From Nitrosopumilus sp. (GTDB lineage Archaea > Thermoproteota > Nitrososphaeria > Nitrososphaerales > Nitrosopumilaceae), in contig OY763927.2 in the NCBI GenBank assembly GCA_963667665.2, positions 1,536,001 through 1,600,000 on the forward strand: DNA of 64,000 nucleotides, read 5' to 3'. Shown in pieces: positions 30,105-39,445 of the stretch. The notes beneath the pieces were generated by a model, which saw only the letters and a program-made list of their open reading frames with translations, did not search any database and was not told the DNA's origin. Made by a program: the position numbers and the translations under genes. Positions within the stretch are counted from its first letter, which is position 1. Every line of letters begins with the position of its first letter.

Positions 30105-30746
30105 GTGGAACTAATAGATCTAACACTTACAATATCAAAATCTATTCCAAGCTTTCCTGGTTCTCCAAAACCTCAATTCATTTCTTGGTCTGATCTAAAA
30201 GACGATGGATATAATCTTGAATTGTTATTCTTAAGTTCGCACACTGGAACCCATCTTGATGCACCATATCATTTTGTTAAAAATGGTCTCAAAATCAACC
30301 AAATTCCTCTTGATAGGCTCATAGGAAAAGCTACAATAATTAAACTCAAAAAAAACAAGAATTCTGCTATAACTAAATTAGATATTACTTTATTTGAAAA
30401 AAAGAATGGAAAGATTTTCAACCATTCCTCTATTTTCTTCTTTACTGGATGGCAAAAAAATTTGAAAAAAGATAACTATTTCACAGAAAATCCAGGATTG
30501 GCCATATCCGCAGCTAAATATCTTGTATCAAAAAATATCAATCTGATTGGAATAGATTCACCAAGCATAGATCTTGGAAAAGATGAATCATTCAACGTTC
30601 ACCATATTTTATCAAAAAACAATATTTTGATTGTTGAGAATTTAACAAACTTGAATAAAATTTTATCCAAGGAATTTAATTTTACAATTCTTCCACTAAA
30701 GCTTAAAGATGCTACAGGCTCACCTGTAAGAGCAATAGCCTCATAA
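30105..30746 (+). CDS. Cyclase family / kynurenine formamidase-like hydrolase
   Basis: HTGTHLDAPYH, GIDSPSID, ENL, GSPVRA. Confidence 0.92.
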   Translation: MELIDLTLTISKSIPSFPGSPKPQFISWSDLKDDGYNLELLFLSSHTGTHLDAPYHFVKNGLKINQIPLDRLIGKATIIKLKKNKNSAITKLDITLFEKKNGKIFNHSSIFFFTGWQKNLKKDNYFTENPGLAISAAKYLVSKNINLIGIDSPSIDLGKDESFNVHHILSKNNILIVENLTNLNKILSKEFNFTILPLKLKDATGSPVRAIAS

Positions 30747-30801
30747 TTTACTCACACACAATTCCGTAATGCTAAAAATATAGAAAATATTAACATCCTT
30801 C

Positions 30802-31296
30802 ATGAGCAAACCTGGAAATATTTGGAGAAAGGTTCATGGTAAAATTACAAAAAAACCAACTAACTTCTCATGGTTGATTGAAGAAAAATTAGCTGGTTCT
30901 GGAATGCCAACAAGTTTTGATGAATTTGATTGGCTTCTAAATCAAGGAGTAAAATCAATTGTGACTATGACTGAGAACGCTTTACCTGATGACTGGATAA
31001 AAAATATTAATTATCTACACGTACCTACTCCTGATCTTACAGCTCCTGACATGGATAAAATAGATTCAGCAGTAGATTTCATTCATGAACAAATCAAAAA
31101 CGATCAAGCAGTAATGGTTCACTGTGCTGCTGGAATGGGAAGAGCAGGAACAATTCTTGCATGCTATTACATAAAATACAAAAAATTTTCAACAGATGAA
31201 GCAATTAAAAAAATTAGAGATGAAAGACCTGGCTCTATACAATCTGAAGTACAAGAGCTAGCTATTGGTTTTTATGAAAAACATATAAAAAATTAG
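30802..31296 (+). CDS. Dual-specificity protein phosphatase
   Basis: VHCAAGMGRAGT (CX5R). Confidence 0.93.
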   Translation: MSKPGNIWRKVHGKITKKPTNFSWLIEEKLAGSGMPTSFDEFDWLLNQGVKSIVTMTENALPDDWIKNINYLHVPTPDLTAPDMDKIDSAVDFIHEQIKNDQAVMVHCAAGMGRAGTILACYYIKYKKFSTDEAIKKIRDERPGSIQSEVQELAIGFYEKHIKN

Positions 31297-31297
31297 T

Positions 31298-31444
31298 TTA
31301 GACAAATTCTGAAACTAGTTTTCCATCAACAACTTTGATCTTCAAAGTTTTGTTATCTTGAAAGATCAAAGTTACTCCACCTTCTGAATCAGGATCTTCT
31401 ACTTTTACAAGTTCTACCATTCTAATTGAATCATATTTTCCCAT
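31298..31444 (-). CDS. Microprotein B (48 aa), paralog of upstream microprotein A; not in ORF track
   Basis: MGKYDSIRMVELVKVEDPDSEGGVTLIFQDNKTLKIKVVDGKLVSEFV*; SD-like AGGTGA 8 nt upstream. Confidence 0.75.
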   Translation of the reverse strand: MGKYDSIRMVELVKVEDPDSEGGVTLIFQDNKTLKIKVVDGKLVSEFV

Positions 31445-31454
31445 TCTTATTCAC

Positions 31455-31607
31455 CTATTCTGGAATTGATACCGTATCAATTTTTCCATCAACTACTTTT
31501 ACAAACAAAAACCTGTTGTCTTTAATAATAAAGGTAATTCCACCTTCTTTATCAGGTTCTTCTACTTCAAGTATTGGTTGTCCTAATAGTCCGTCGTATT
31601 TTGCCAT
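31455..31607 (-). CDS. Microprotein A (50 aa); not in ORF track
   Basis: MAKYDGLLGQPILEVEEPDKEGGITFIIKDNRFLFVKVVDGKIDTVSIPE*. Confidence 0.75.
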   Translation of the reverse strand: MAKYDGLLGQPILEVEEPDKEGGITFIIKDNRFLFVKVVDGKIDTVSIPE

Positions 31608-31637
31608 GTTAATTCATTCAAAAAGTTCCTTATATCC

Positions 31638-32174
31638 CTAATTGATTGTGATTTCAATTTCGCTGGAATTATTTTTGACACTGCCTGGCTTTGTAAAGTC
31701 ATGCTTTTGCCATGATGCAAATGCTTCAGCCCCAATTTTGTGTTTACCTTTTCCTAAATCTGATGCTTTGAACACAAATTTTTCATCAAAGTCAAAAAGT
31801 TCCTGTCTTACTTCTTCTTCTGAGAGTCTGATAAATGGCTCAAAGTTTTTAGCTATCTGAACCCAGACTCTTTTGTCTTTATTTGGATTGACCAGTTTTG
31901 GATTTCTCGTCCAAAAAATTGATGCCTTTCTGTAGGTGTCAACAGTCCTTCCTAATTCCTTCTTTCTGAATCCACCTGATGTCAATTTTACACCATATTT
32001 CAATTTGAATCCAACATCATTGTTGTTGTATGCTTTTGTCCAGTTTTCCTCATTAAACGCATCTCTAATGCCTCCTTCAACTAAAAACTGGACGTTTATC
32101 TCAATATTATCGTCAGATGAGTATTCATCATTAGATTTTACTACCTGAATCTCTGCAATCTTGCTTTCTACCAT
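31638..32174 (-). CDS. Hypothetical protein (beta-sandwich-like)
   Basis: 178 aa open frame, host-like codon usage. Confidence 0.7.
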   Translation of the reverse strand: MVESKIAEIQVVKSNDEYSSDDNIEINVQFLVEGGIRDAFNEENWTKAYNNNDVGFKLKYGVKLTSGGFRKKELGRTVDTYRKASIFWTRNPKLVNPNKDKRVWVQIAKNFEPFIRLSEEEVRQELFDFDEKFVFKASDLGKGKHKIGAEAFASWQKHDFTKPGSVKNNSSEIEITIN

Positions 32175-32337
32175 GCTAATTGCTCATAATGATTTATCTA
32201 CCCTTAATATTTTATGTATAGCAAAATTTTGAAAATGAAATTATTTCAGAAAATTAAATTATATTCAAAATAGAAAGTGGTTTCTATAACAATTATTTAC
32301 CGTATAAACAAGAAATTTGTGCTCATTTCTCTAGTAA

Positions 32338-32817
32338 TCATTTATCTAGCCATTTCAAAAAATTTCTACGTCCATCTGAATTACTCGTCTGAAAATCAGA
32401 TTGAAATTTTTCATATGTATCTGTATAAACTACCTTGTTTCCTTTTCTCCTTTTCGTAATGTGATCTAAGCCATCATGATTTTCAGGAGTTTTTGTAACT
32501 CTGTCAAAATATATTCTAATTATTTTCTTTTTGTTGGTATTACATTGCATTCTAAGTTTTCTAAGATTGTAGCCATCTGACCATTTGGAAAAGAAGAAAT
32601 TCTTTTTCTGATTGTCCAGTTTTTTCTTTGTACTTACTTCAACTATAAATAAATAGTCTTTATATTCAAAAAGCAAATCAATTTCTCCAATTTCTTTTTT
32701 TCCATTCAAAATCCTCTTCCCAGAACAATTCTTTGTAAATCCCAGATTTGTTAGAAATATTTCTACTTCTTCTTCGTAACGTTTTGTTTTTGGATTTACA
32801 TTAGTCAAATCTATCAT
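32338..32817 (-). CDS. PD-(D/E)XK-superfamily nuclease-like protein
   Basis: YEEEV...GEIDLLFEYKDYLFIVEVSTKK (E...D...ExS variant). Confidence 0.7.
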   Translation of the reverse strand: MIDLTNVNPKTKRYEEEVEIFLTNLGFTKNCSGKRILNGKKEIGEIDLLFEYKDYLFIVEVSTKKKLDNQKKNFFFSKWSDGYNLRKLRMQCNTNKKKIIRIYFDRVTKTPENHDGLDHITKRRKGNKVVYTDTYEKFQSDFQTSNSDGRRNFLKWLDK

Positions 32818-32823
32818 CTTTTT

Positions 32824-33537
32824 TTATTTAGTTACGTGACCTTTCAAATCTTTTACAATATTTTTAATTTCTTTTTCAGTTAGAGCATCTTGTCTGCTCA
32901 TCAGAAAATGATTGATTCTATCCAAGCTTGACACAAAAACAGAACGATACCTCTTATTGTATTCAAAATTTCCCTTTACAGATAACAGAACATTTGTTAC
33001 ACGTACCTTTCTGAATATGTCTTGAAGTGAAATCCATAAAACTCTACCAGCTCTTTCAGTTTGTTCGTAGGGGCTAAAGCTTTTGTTATTATTTGCAAAT
33101 TGATTACTCCAGTTTTTTACTTCAATCATGTAGACTCCTTTAGGACAAACAACTACAATATCCATTTGAGCTGATTTTAGATTCTTTTTTCCGTTATAGG
33201 TAACCCAATGAGATAATTCAAGTCTCACTCCACACAAAATATGATAACTGTCATCAAGCTTTAACAATTCCTCGATGACTTCATTTTCTCCATGGGTTCC
33301 TGTAACATATTTTCCAACTTTTTTATACTGAAATTTATCAACTTGTCTTTTGTAATGATATCTTTTAACTTCTGAAAAAACAGTTCCAAGTAAAGATTTT
33401 TTTCCCTGACGTTGTTTTTGCATTTTTCCATAAAATTCCTTTCTGACCCTATCCATATCATCAACGTTTTTGACTTCGTTTGGTAACTTGTTTAGGAGAC
33501 TCCTTTCACTGTCTGCCATTCCATAAATGATAGCCAT
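32824..33537 (-). CDS. NERD-domain nuclease-related protein
   Basis: GTHGENEV, AQMDIVVVCPKGVYMIEVKNWS, SPYEQ. Confidence 0.88.
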   Translation of the reverse strand: MAIIYGMADSERSLLNKLPNEVKNVDDMDRVRKEFYGKMQKQRQGKKSLLGTVFSEVKRYHYKRQVDKFQYKKVGKYVTGTHGENEVIEELLKLDDSYHILCGVRLELSHWVTYNGKKNLKSAQMDIVVVCPKGVYMIEVKNWSNQFANNNKSFSPYEQTERAGRVLWISLQDIFRKVRVTNVLLSVKGNFEYNKRYRSVFVSSLDRINHFLMSRQDALTEKEIKNIVKDLKGHVTK

Positions 33538-33618
33538 GTTTTGAGTACGCGATTGTAATATTTTAGAAATTATTCTCCAATCTAGTCATAATTGTTTTAA
33601 CTTGATCACAATATTTTT

Positions 33619-33762
33619 TTAATCATTTAATAAAATCCTCTCAAGAATTTCTATTTGACCCCATTTTTCAGCCTCTGTGGATAAATCATCTTTGAAATAT
33701 CCAACCATGTATACTGATTTGATATCTTCAAGTAAAATTTTGATTTTCTCTTCACTAATCAT
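33619..33762 (-). CDS. Small hypothetical protein (47 aa; not in ORF track)
   Basis: MISEEKIKILLEDIKSVYMVGYFKDDLSTEAEKWGQIEILERILLND*, starting 2 nt after the upstream stop. Confidence 0.5.
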   Translation of the reverse strand: MISEEKIKILLEDIKSVYMVGYFKDDLSTEAEKWGQIEILERILLND

Positions 33763-33764
33763 GC

Positions 33765-34145
33765 CTATTTACCAAACCTATCAATACTGTAAGGCCAAAA
33801 AAATAACGTAGAGCGATCAAACCATTGTGGATACCATCCTCTATCTTCAAGCCAGTTGTGAATTTCTCTATACACCCCATCAACATAGACTGTTTTTATT
33901 TTCATTTTACTTAGCATTGAATTTTTTACTCCTACTTCAGACAATGGAACATCACCATAATCTTCGGCTTCAGAATCAAATACTGGAAGTCCTTTGTAGA
34001 ACCAAGCACAGTTATTTTGTTGAGTCCATATTCCTCCCTTTCTATTAAGAAGTTTTTCAGATTTTTTCATAAAGTTAATTTCTGGAATCTTTTTTGTTAG
34101 TCCTTTCATGATTTGTTTTCCAGCTTGTTCCAGATGGAGGTTCAA
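33765..34145 (-). CDS. Hypothetical protein, Trp-rich
   Basis: 126 aa; GGIW...PVFD...GV...WLEDRGWYPQWFD. Confidence 0.6.
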   Translation of the reverse strand: MNLHLEQAGKQIMKGLTKKIPEINFMKKSEKLLNRKGGIWTQQNNCAWFYKGLPVFDSEAEDYGDVPLSEVGVKNSMLSKMKIKTVYVDGVYREIHNWLEDRGWYPQWFDRSTLFFWPYSIDRFGK

Positions 34146-34356
34146 ATTTCAATCCATTGAATTCTATTGAATATATCTCACTTGTATATTATGCACTCTT
34201 TACATAATTATTCCTTGATTTTATCTTATACTACTAAATTAACTCCATCGATTAATCTGATAGATTGCAGTTTCTCGTGAAATGTTTTCAGATTTCATTA
34301 GTTTTTTAATAATTTTTTCATCTATTTTTTCTGTCATATCTTATTATTTGTCTTTA

Positions 34357-35334
34357 TCATATATAATTATTTTTATCTTTAGCATACCAAATAATGAAAT
34401 CTGAAACTGCAGACATGTATTCTTTTGCAAGTCCAGCTGTTTTCTTGAATGTGATTAAATGTATAAATTTTTTTTTCCCAAATATTTCATCACAAAGAAC
34501 TCTAACTAAATGAACATTTGCATCTCCTATTTGTATAAAACAACTACCACTTTCATGAAGTAATCTTTTTGCTAAAAGTAATCTAGTTCGTAAATATGAA
34601 AGATACGAATGAATACCCAGTTCCCATGTATCTTTAAATGCTTTAATCATTTCTGGCTCTTGTGTCAGATCATCATCTTTTCTATCAGTGACAGTTTTAG
34701 TTTGTGTAAATGGTTGAAAGTTTGAACCATATGTGATTCCATAAGGAGGATCTATGAAGACCATCTGGATTTTTTCTCCCATTTCTTCTTTTTCCAAAAG
34801 CGAGTTCATTACAAGAAGTGAATCACCTGCAATCAAACGATTGGACCAGCTTTGATCATGCTTGTAAAATTCAATTGCGTCCCTTAATGGAGGATTATTT
34901 TCTGGCATTTCAAAAAAAGGAAATAATGTTTCTTGTTCTTGGTCTTGTTTTTTTAATATTTTACCAATTATTGTCATAGGATCAATTTTTTCGTGTCTGT
35001 GAAGTGATACTGTATCAACTTCAAAATTAGAACTTTCTACTTTTCCAGACCATTCAAGTTGTGGATCTAGACGAGGATCAAATGAATATTTTTTTGCAGG
35101 CAAATCTACATCAGATTCTGGAGTCACTAGACCAACTGGTGGATTGTTAGCCCTTTTTTCTTTTTCGTGAATGTATTGTTTAATTGCAATTTTTTTCTTT
35201 TTCGGGTCTCTAATTGTGGCAAGCTTTGTTCTCTTTCTAGATTTTCTTGTAGATTTTCTTGTAGATTTTCTTGTAGTTTTAGTTGTATCAAGTTCTTTTA
35301 GTCCAAATTTTGATAGTATTTTTTTCCTTGCCAC
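34357..35334 (-). pseudogene. Truncated adenine DNA methyltransferase (beta class, type III Mod-like)
   Basis: DPQLEWSGK, NRLIAGDSL, catalytic FIDPPYG, YLSYLRTRL; stops after WYAKDK with no FxGxG SAM-binding motif I. Confidence 0.8.
35238..35273 (-). repeat. 12-bp tandem repeat x3 encoding (TRKS)3 in MTase N-terminus
   Basis: TAGATTTTCTTG x3 on + strand. Confidence 0.85.
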
Positions 35335-35383
35335 AAAACAGATGTGATTTTGAGTCTTTTAACTAAATCGATCATTCTTATTT

Positions 35384-36490
35384 TCATAATCCTATATTTG
35401 GTACAGTGATATGATTTGACTCAAAATAATCTATGAGATTTTTTAATTTATTTTCAAGACTTTGATATTTTTCATTCATCTGTTTTAGATTATTTTCAAC
35501 TGCTTTGAAATCTGACATTGTAAGATATGGTTCTGCCTCTAGATACATCTCTTTTTTCTTATCTTCTGATAACTGATAGTATGTATCTAAATAGAAACTA
35601 TGACCCATTATAGCCTCGGCAAAGTCTCTCCCTACAGCATTTCCAACTGTTGTCCTGAAGAACTTTCTAAGGGAGTGAAGATGTATTGCTTGTCTCCCAT
35701 TCTCATCTTTAACATTAAGATCTGGAATTGCTCTAACTATTTCCCTTAACTCAGTCTGCAATGTCTTGATGATTGACTCAGCAATAAATGGGCCTCTATG
35801 TCTATACACTGTTGCAAATATTTGCTTCTCAATAATCTGTGGATCTTTTATTCCTTCAAACCAATTATGGTATCTTTTCAAATAATCTTTTAGTGCATTT
35901 GTTGCTTCTGCTGTCAAAAAGCATTCCCTTGATTGTCTTGTCTTTGTTGTGTTTGCTCTAAGATACACTTTGATTGGATTTTCATTAAAATCAATATCTG
36001 AAATCTTTAGATTAACAACCTCGCCAATTCGCATTCCAGTGGACACTGCAACAATTATTGCCAAGTATAATTTTGGTTTTGCATTTCGTAACAACCTTGC
36101 AATAATCTCTTTGTCAAGTGGCATCTCTCGTATTCTGATTACCTTGGGTACCTTGACTATCAGTTTAAGATCTTCTGAATCAATCTTTATTCCCATATGT
36201 CTAAGATATCCCTTATTCACAGATAATGCATTACGAATTGTTCTTGCACCTCTGCCTGTCTTATCCATATACACAACAAATTCTTTGAAAATCTTGAGAA
36301 TGTCTATCTTCTCTTCTTTATAGTAGTCAAGTAGGTCATACTCATCCATATCATAATTTTCTTTCAAAAATTCTCTAAATAGATGAATTCTGGTTTTGTA
36401 GGATTTTATGGTATTATGGCTATGTGAAATAACATACATAGAATCTAGATATTCTGTTTCATAATTTTCTCTGCATAATTGAAGTGTCAT
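35384..36490 (-). CDS. Tyrosine recombinase / integrase
   Basis: STGMRIGE (R), TKT (K), HSLRKFF (HxxR), MGH, DTYY (Tyr); N-terminal SAM-like domain; C-terminal coiled coil. Confidence 0.93.
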   Translation of the reverse strand: MTLQLCRENYETEYLDSMYVISHSHNTIKSYKTRIHLFREFLKENYDMDEYDLLDYYKEEKIDILKIFKEFVVYMDKTGRGARTIRNALSVNKGYLRHMGIKIDSEDLKLIVKVPKVIRIREMPLDKEIIARLLRNAKPKLYLAIIVAVSTGMRIGEVVNLKISDIDFNENPIKVYLRANTTKTRQSRECFLTAEATNALKDYLKRYHNWFEGIKDPQIIEKQIFATVYRHRGPFIAESIIKTLQTELREIVRAIPDLNVKDENGRQAIHLHSLRKFFRTTVGNAVGRDFAEAIMGHSFYLDTYYQLSEDKKKEMYLEAEPYLTMSDFKAVENNLKQMNEKYQSLENKLKNLIDYFESNHITVPNIGL

Positions 36491-36589
36491 GAAAATAGAT
36501 ACCCCATCATCTATTTCACAGGTGGGGGATACGGCGATGGGCAGCTGCGGGTTGATTTATATCCACAATAAGTTCTTTTTCCGATTAAC

Positions 36590-36868
36590 ATGGATGCTCA
36601 AGTAATCACTTTAAAACCTAAAGAAGCCAGTCTTTCAATCTCAGATGGTGATATAGGAATTTTATACATTATTCAACATGAGCTACTAAAAGAATCAAAG
36701 ATCGATTTTGCAGGAGTTATTGTAAAACATCCCCTTACCAATGAAATCCATATGAAAATCAATTGTAGTACAAAACCACTAGGAGAGATGAAAAAAGCTA
36801 CAGATTCATCAATAAAAATGGCAGAAGAGTTCAAAAAATTATTTAATTCTAAAATTAAGGTAAATTAG
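36590..36868 (+). CDS. rpoL: RNA polymerase subunit Rpo11 (L)
   Basis: IQHELLK...DFAGVIVKHPL; TATA box TTTATA at 36557. Confidence 0.88.
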   Translation: MDAQVITLKPKEASLSISDGDIGILYIIQHELLKESKIDFAGVIVKHPLTNEIHMKINCSTKPLGEMKKATDSSIKMAEEFKKLFNSKIKVN

Positions 36869-36869
36869 T

Positions 36870-37187
36870 TTGAAATTTTGCCCCAAATGTGAGGTCAAAT
36901 TAAAAAAAAGTGTTTCTGGCCTTCAATGTTCAAAATGTGGTTATACTGAAGAAGAAAAAGTAAAACAAACAAAAAAAGTTGTAAGTGAACAAGAACCAGA
37001 TTTCTCACTTCTTGCTTTTGAAGGAAGTGAAGGAGAAGAACAATATTCATCAATCAAAATCGATTGTGCAAAATGTGGACATGATGAAGCAGTTTGGTGG
37101 ATGTTTCAAACAAGAAGTGCAGATGAACCTACAACCAGATTTTATCGTTGTCAGAAATGTAAATACACTTGGCGTGATTACACATAA
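36870..37187 (+). CDS. tfs: Transcription factor S (TFS/RpoM)
   Basis: FCPKC...CSKC; CAKC...QTRSADEP...CQKC. Confidence 0.95.
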   Translation: MKFCPKCEVKLKKSVSGLQCSKCGYTEEEKVKQTKKVVSEQEPDFSLLAFEGSEGEEQYSSIKIDCAKCGHDEAVWWMFQTRSADEPTTRFYRCQKCKYTWRDYT

Positions 37188-37221
37188 CGTTTAACTGGAA
37201 CTTAAAGTCAACAAAGTTGAT

Positions 37222-37968
37222 TTGACTTTTGGAGCAAAAACAAGTGGTTCAGACGATCTAAAGGCTATAATCTCTGCAATATCAACACTTGTTGAAGAAG
37301 CTACTTTTGTTGCAACAGCAGAAGGAATTACATTTAGAGGAATGGATCCATCACATGTTGCACTTATTGATATATCCTGGCCTAATTCAGCATTTGAAAA
37401 ATATGAATGTGATAGTGATATAAAATTTGGAGTAAGAATAGATGAATTTTCAAAACTTATCAAAAGAGCAGACAAAAAAGATAGTATAGAGATTAGTATC
37501 TCTGAGCAAAATATGTTACTTGTAACAGTTGGAAAAAATAAAAAATACAAAATGCGTTTAATTGAAAGTTCTGCAACTGACACTCCGTTGCCAAAAATTC
37601 CTTATGATTCAAAAATTACTTTGTCTTCATCAAAATTTGATAAGATTCTTGGCGATGTACAAGTTGTATCTGACTATCTAACAATTCAAACATCTGATTC
37701 AAAAGTAGATTTTTCAGGTAAAGGTGACTCTGGTGAAGTTGTAATTGATCTTGACAAAAATGATGAAGACATTGAAGAAATTTTTTCAAAAGCAGACAGT
37801 GTAGGTACTTACAGTCTTGAATATCTTAATCCAGTGATAAAAGCAGTAGGAAATACTGCAGGCTTGATTACATGTGAGTTTTCGAGCGCAAAACCACTGA
37901 GAATTGAATTCAAAGTAGCAAATATTGGCAGAATTCACTTTTACTTGGCTCCACGCGTGGAAAGTTAA
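37222..37968 (+). CDS. pcn: PCNA sliding clamp
   Basis: GMDPSHVALID, YSLEYL, FYLAPRVE. Confidence 0.97.
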   Translation: MTFGAKTSGSDDLKAIISAISTLVEEATFVATAEGITFRGMDPSHVALIDISWPNSAFEKYECDSDIKFGVRIDEFSKLIKRADKKDSIEISISEQNMLLVTVGKNKKYKMRLIESSATDTPLPKIPYDSKITLSSSKFDKILGDVQVVSDYLTIQTSDSKVDFSGKGDSGEVVIDLDKNDEDIEEIFSKADSVGTYSLEYLNPVIKAVGNTAGLITCEFSSAKPLRIEFKVANIGRIHFYLAPRVES

Positions 37969-38003
37969 AGCATTTAAAGATTAACTAATTCAGGTATTTT
38001 GAA

Positions 38004-39407
38004 ATGCGACTTGTTATAAAATATGGTGGAACATCAATTTCTACTACAAAAGACATTCAAGCTGTAGCTAAACACATTAACTCATTATCAAATAAACATC
38101 AAATTTTAGTTGTTTGTTCTGCGATAAGTGGAACTACTGATGATCTTATAGAAATATCCGAGTCTATAAAAAGAGAAAATAAAACAAAAGCTGAACAACT
38201 TGCAGCAAAAATAATCAATAGACATAAACAATTAGCAAAACAAACAATAAAAAAATCTGATGTACGAAAAAAATTACTGACAAAACTAGATCTAGACTTT
38301 ACAGAACTTCTTGCATTAATTGATGGAATGGTATTACTGGGTGAAGTAACACCTAGATCAATGGATTATCTAATTTCATTTGGTGAAAGATTATCAATAC
38401 AATTAGTTTCATCAGCAATTAATGATTCAGGTAAAAAATCAATTTCTCTTACTGGTAAAGAAGTAGGAATTGTAACTGATTCTAACTTTGGTGAATCTAG
38501 ACCACTTTTTGATACAACCAGACTAAGAGTATCAAAGACAGTAGATGCTTTGTTCTCAAAGAAAACAATTCCTGTTGTAGGAGGATTTGCAGGTGCAGAT
38601 CAACATGGACATGTAACTACCTTTGGTAGAGGCGGTTCTGACTATTCTGCAACAACTATTGGTTCTTGTATTAAAGCTGATGAAATTTGGTTGATGAGTA
38701 ATGTAGATGGACTTATGACAGCAGATCCAAAAATTGTTAAAAATGCAAAATTACTCAAAGAAGTATCATACATAGAAGCAATTGAGATGGCTCTGTTTGG
38801 TGCCAAGCAGATACATCCACGAACATTTGAGCCTCTTCTATCAAAGAAAATTCCAATGAAGATCAGAAATTCTTTCAATGTAAAAAATGAAGGAACACTT
38901 GTTACTGCATCTACTTCTTCAGCTGCTAAAAATACCGTAAAATGTGTAAGTAATGTTCGAAATAATGGATTAATCGACATTCAGGGAGGCAGTATGGTTG
39001 GAACACCTGGAACTGCAGCCAAAATATTTTCAACATTGGCAAAATCTGGAATAAATGTAATGATGATCTCTCAGAATCCTTCCGAATCAAGCATTACAAT
39101 TGTGGTAAAGAATACAGATCTTGACAAAGCAGTTAGTGCATTAGAAATGGAATTACTAGGAAAAATTATCAAAAAGTTAGAAGTCACTACGAATGTAGCT
39201 ATTATTGCATTGATTGGTTCAGGTATGCGAGGAACTGTTGGAGTTGCTTCAAAAGTTTTTGGAGCAATTGAGAAAAACAAAGTTAACGTATCGATGATTA
39301 CTCAAGGTTCATCTGAACTTAATCTTGCATTTGTTGTAAAAAATTCTGATGCCAATGCAGCAGTGAAAGCTCTACATAATGAATTTAAACTTGATAAAAT
39401 TAATTGA
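38004..39407 (+). CDS. lysC: Aspartate kinase
   Basis: KYGGTS, GRGGSDYSA, DGLMTADP, two ACT domains. Confidence 0.96.
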   Translation: MRLVIKYGGTSISTTKDIQAVAKHINSLSNKHQILVVCSAISGTTDDLIEISESIKRENKTKAEQLAAKIINRHKQLAKQTIKKSDVRKKLLTKLDLDFTELLALIDGMVLLGEVTPRSMDYLISFGERLSIQLVSSAINDSGKKSISLTGKEVGIVTDSNFGESRPLFDTTRLRVSKTVDALFSKKTIPVVGGFAGADQHGHVTTFGRGGSDYSATTIGSCIKADEIWLMSNVDGLMTADPKIVKNAKLLKEVSYIEAIEMALFGAKQIHPRTFEPLLSKKIPMKIRNSFNVKNEGTLVTASTSSAAKNTVKCVSNVRNNGLIDIQGGSMVGTPGTAAKIFSTLAKSGINVMMISQNPSESSITIVVKNTDLDKAVSALEMELLGKIIKKLEVTTNVAIIALIGSGMRGTVGVASKVFGAIEKNKVNVSMITQGSSELNLAFVVKNSDANAAVKALHNEFKLDKIN

Positions 39408-39445
39408 GACAAAATCATTTAAAGGAATAAATTCCATCACATCCA

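Larger units (their letters stand above)
32338..36553 (-). mobile_element. Decayed integrative element / defence islet
   Basis: Tyrosine integrase followed by co-oriented truncated DNA MTase, small orphans, NERD and PD-(D/E)XK genes between housekeeping genes; left boundary uncertain. Confidence 0.75.

Noticed and set aside
31426-31641. Plus-strand 71-aa ORF
   Set aside because: Antisense shadow of microprotein A, which is supported by its paralog
32175-32337. Left att site or target RNA gene of the islet
   Set aside because: No GC-rich structured RNA and no copy of the 36521-36554 sequence is visible; only a weak palindrome
32277-32459. 60-aa hydrophobic ORF
   Set aside because: AT-rich low-complexity frame overlapping the nuclease 3' end on the opposite strand
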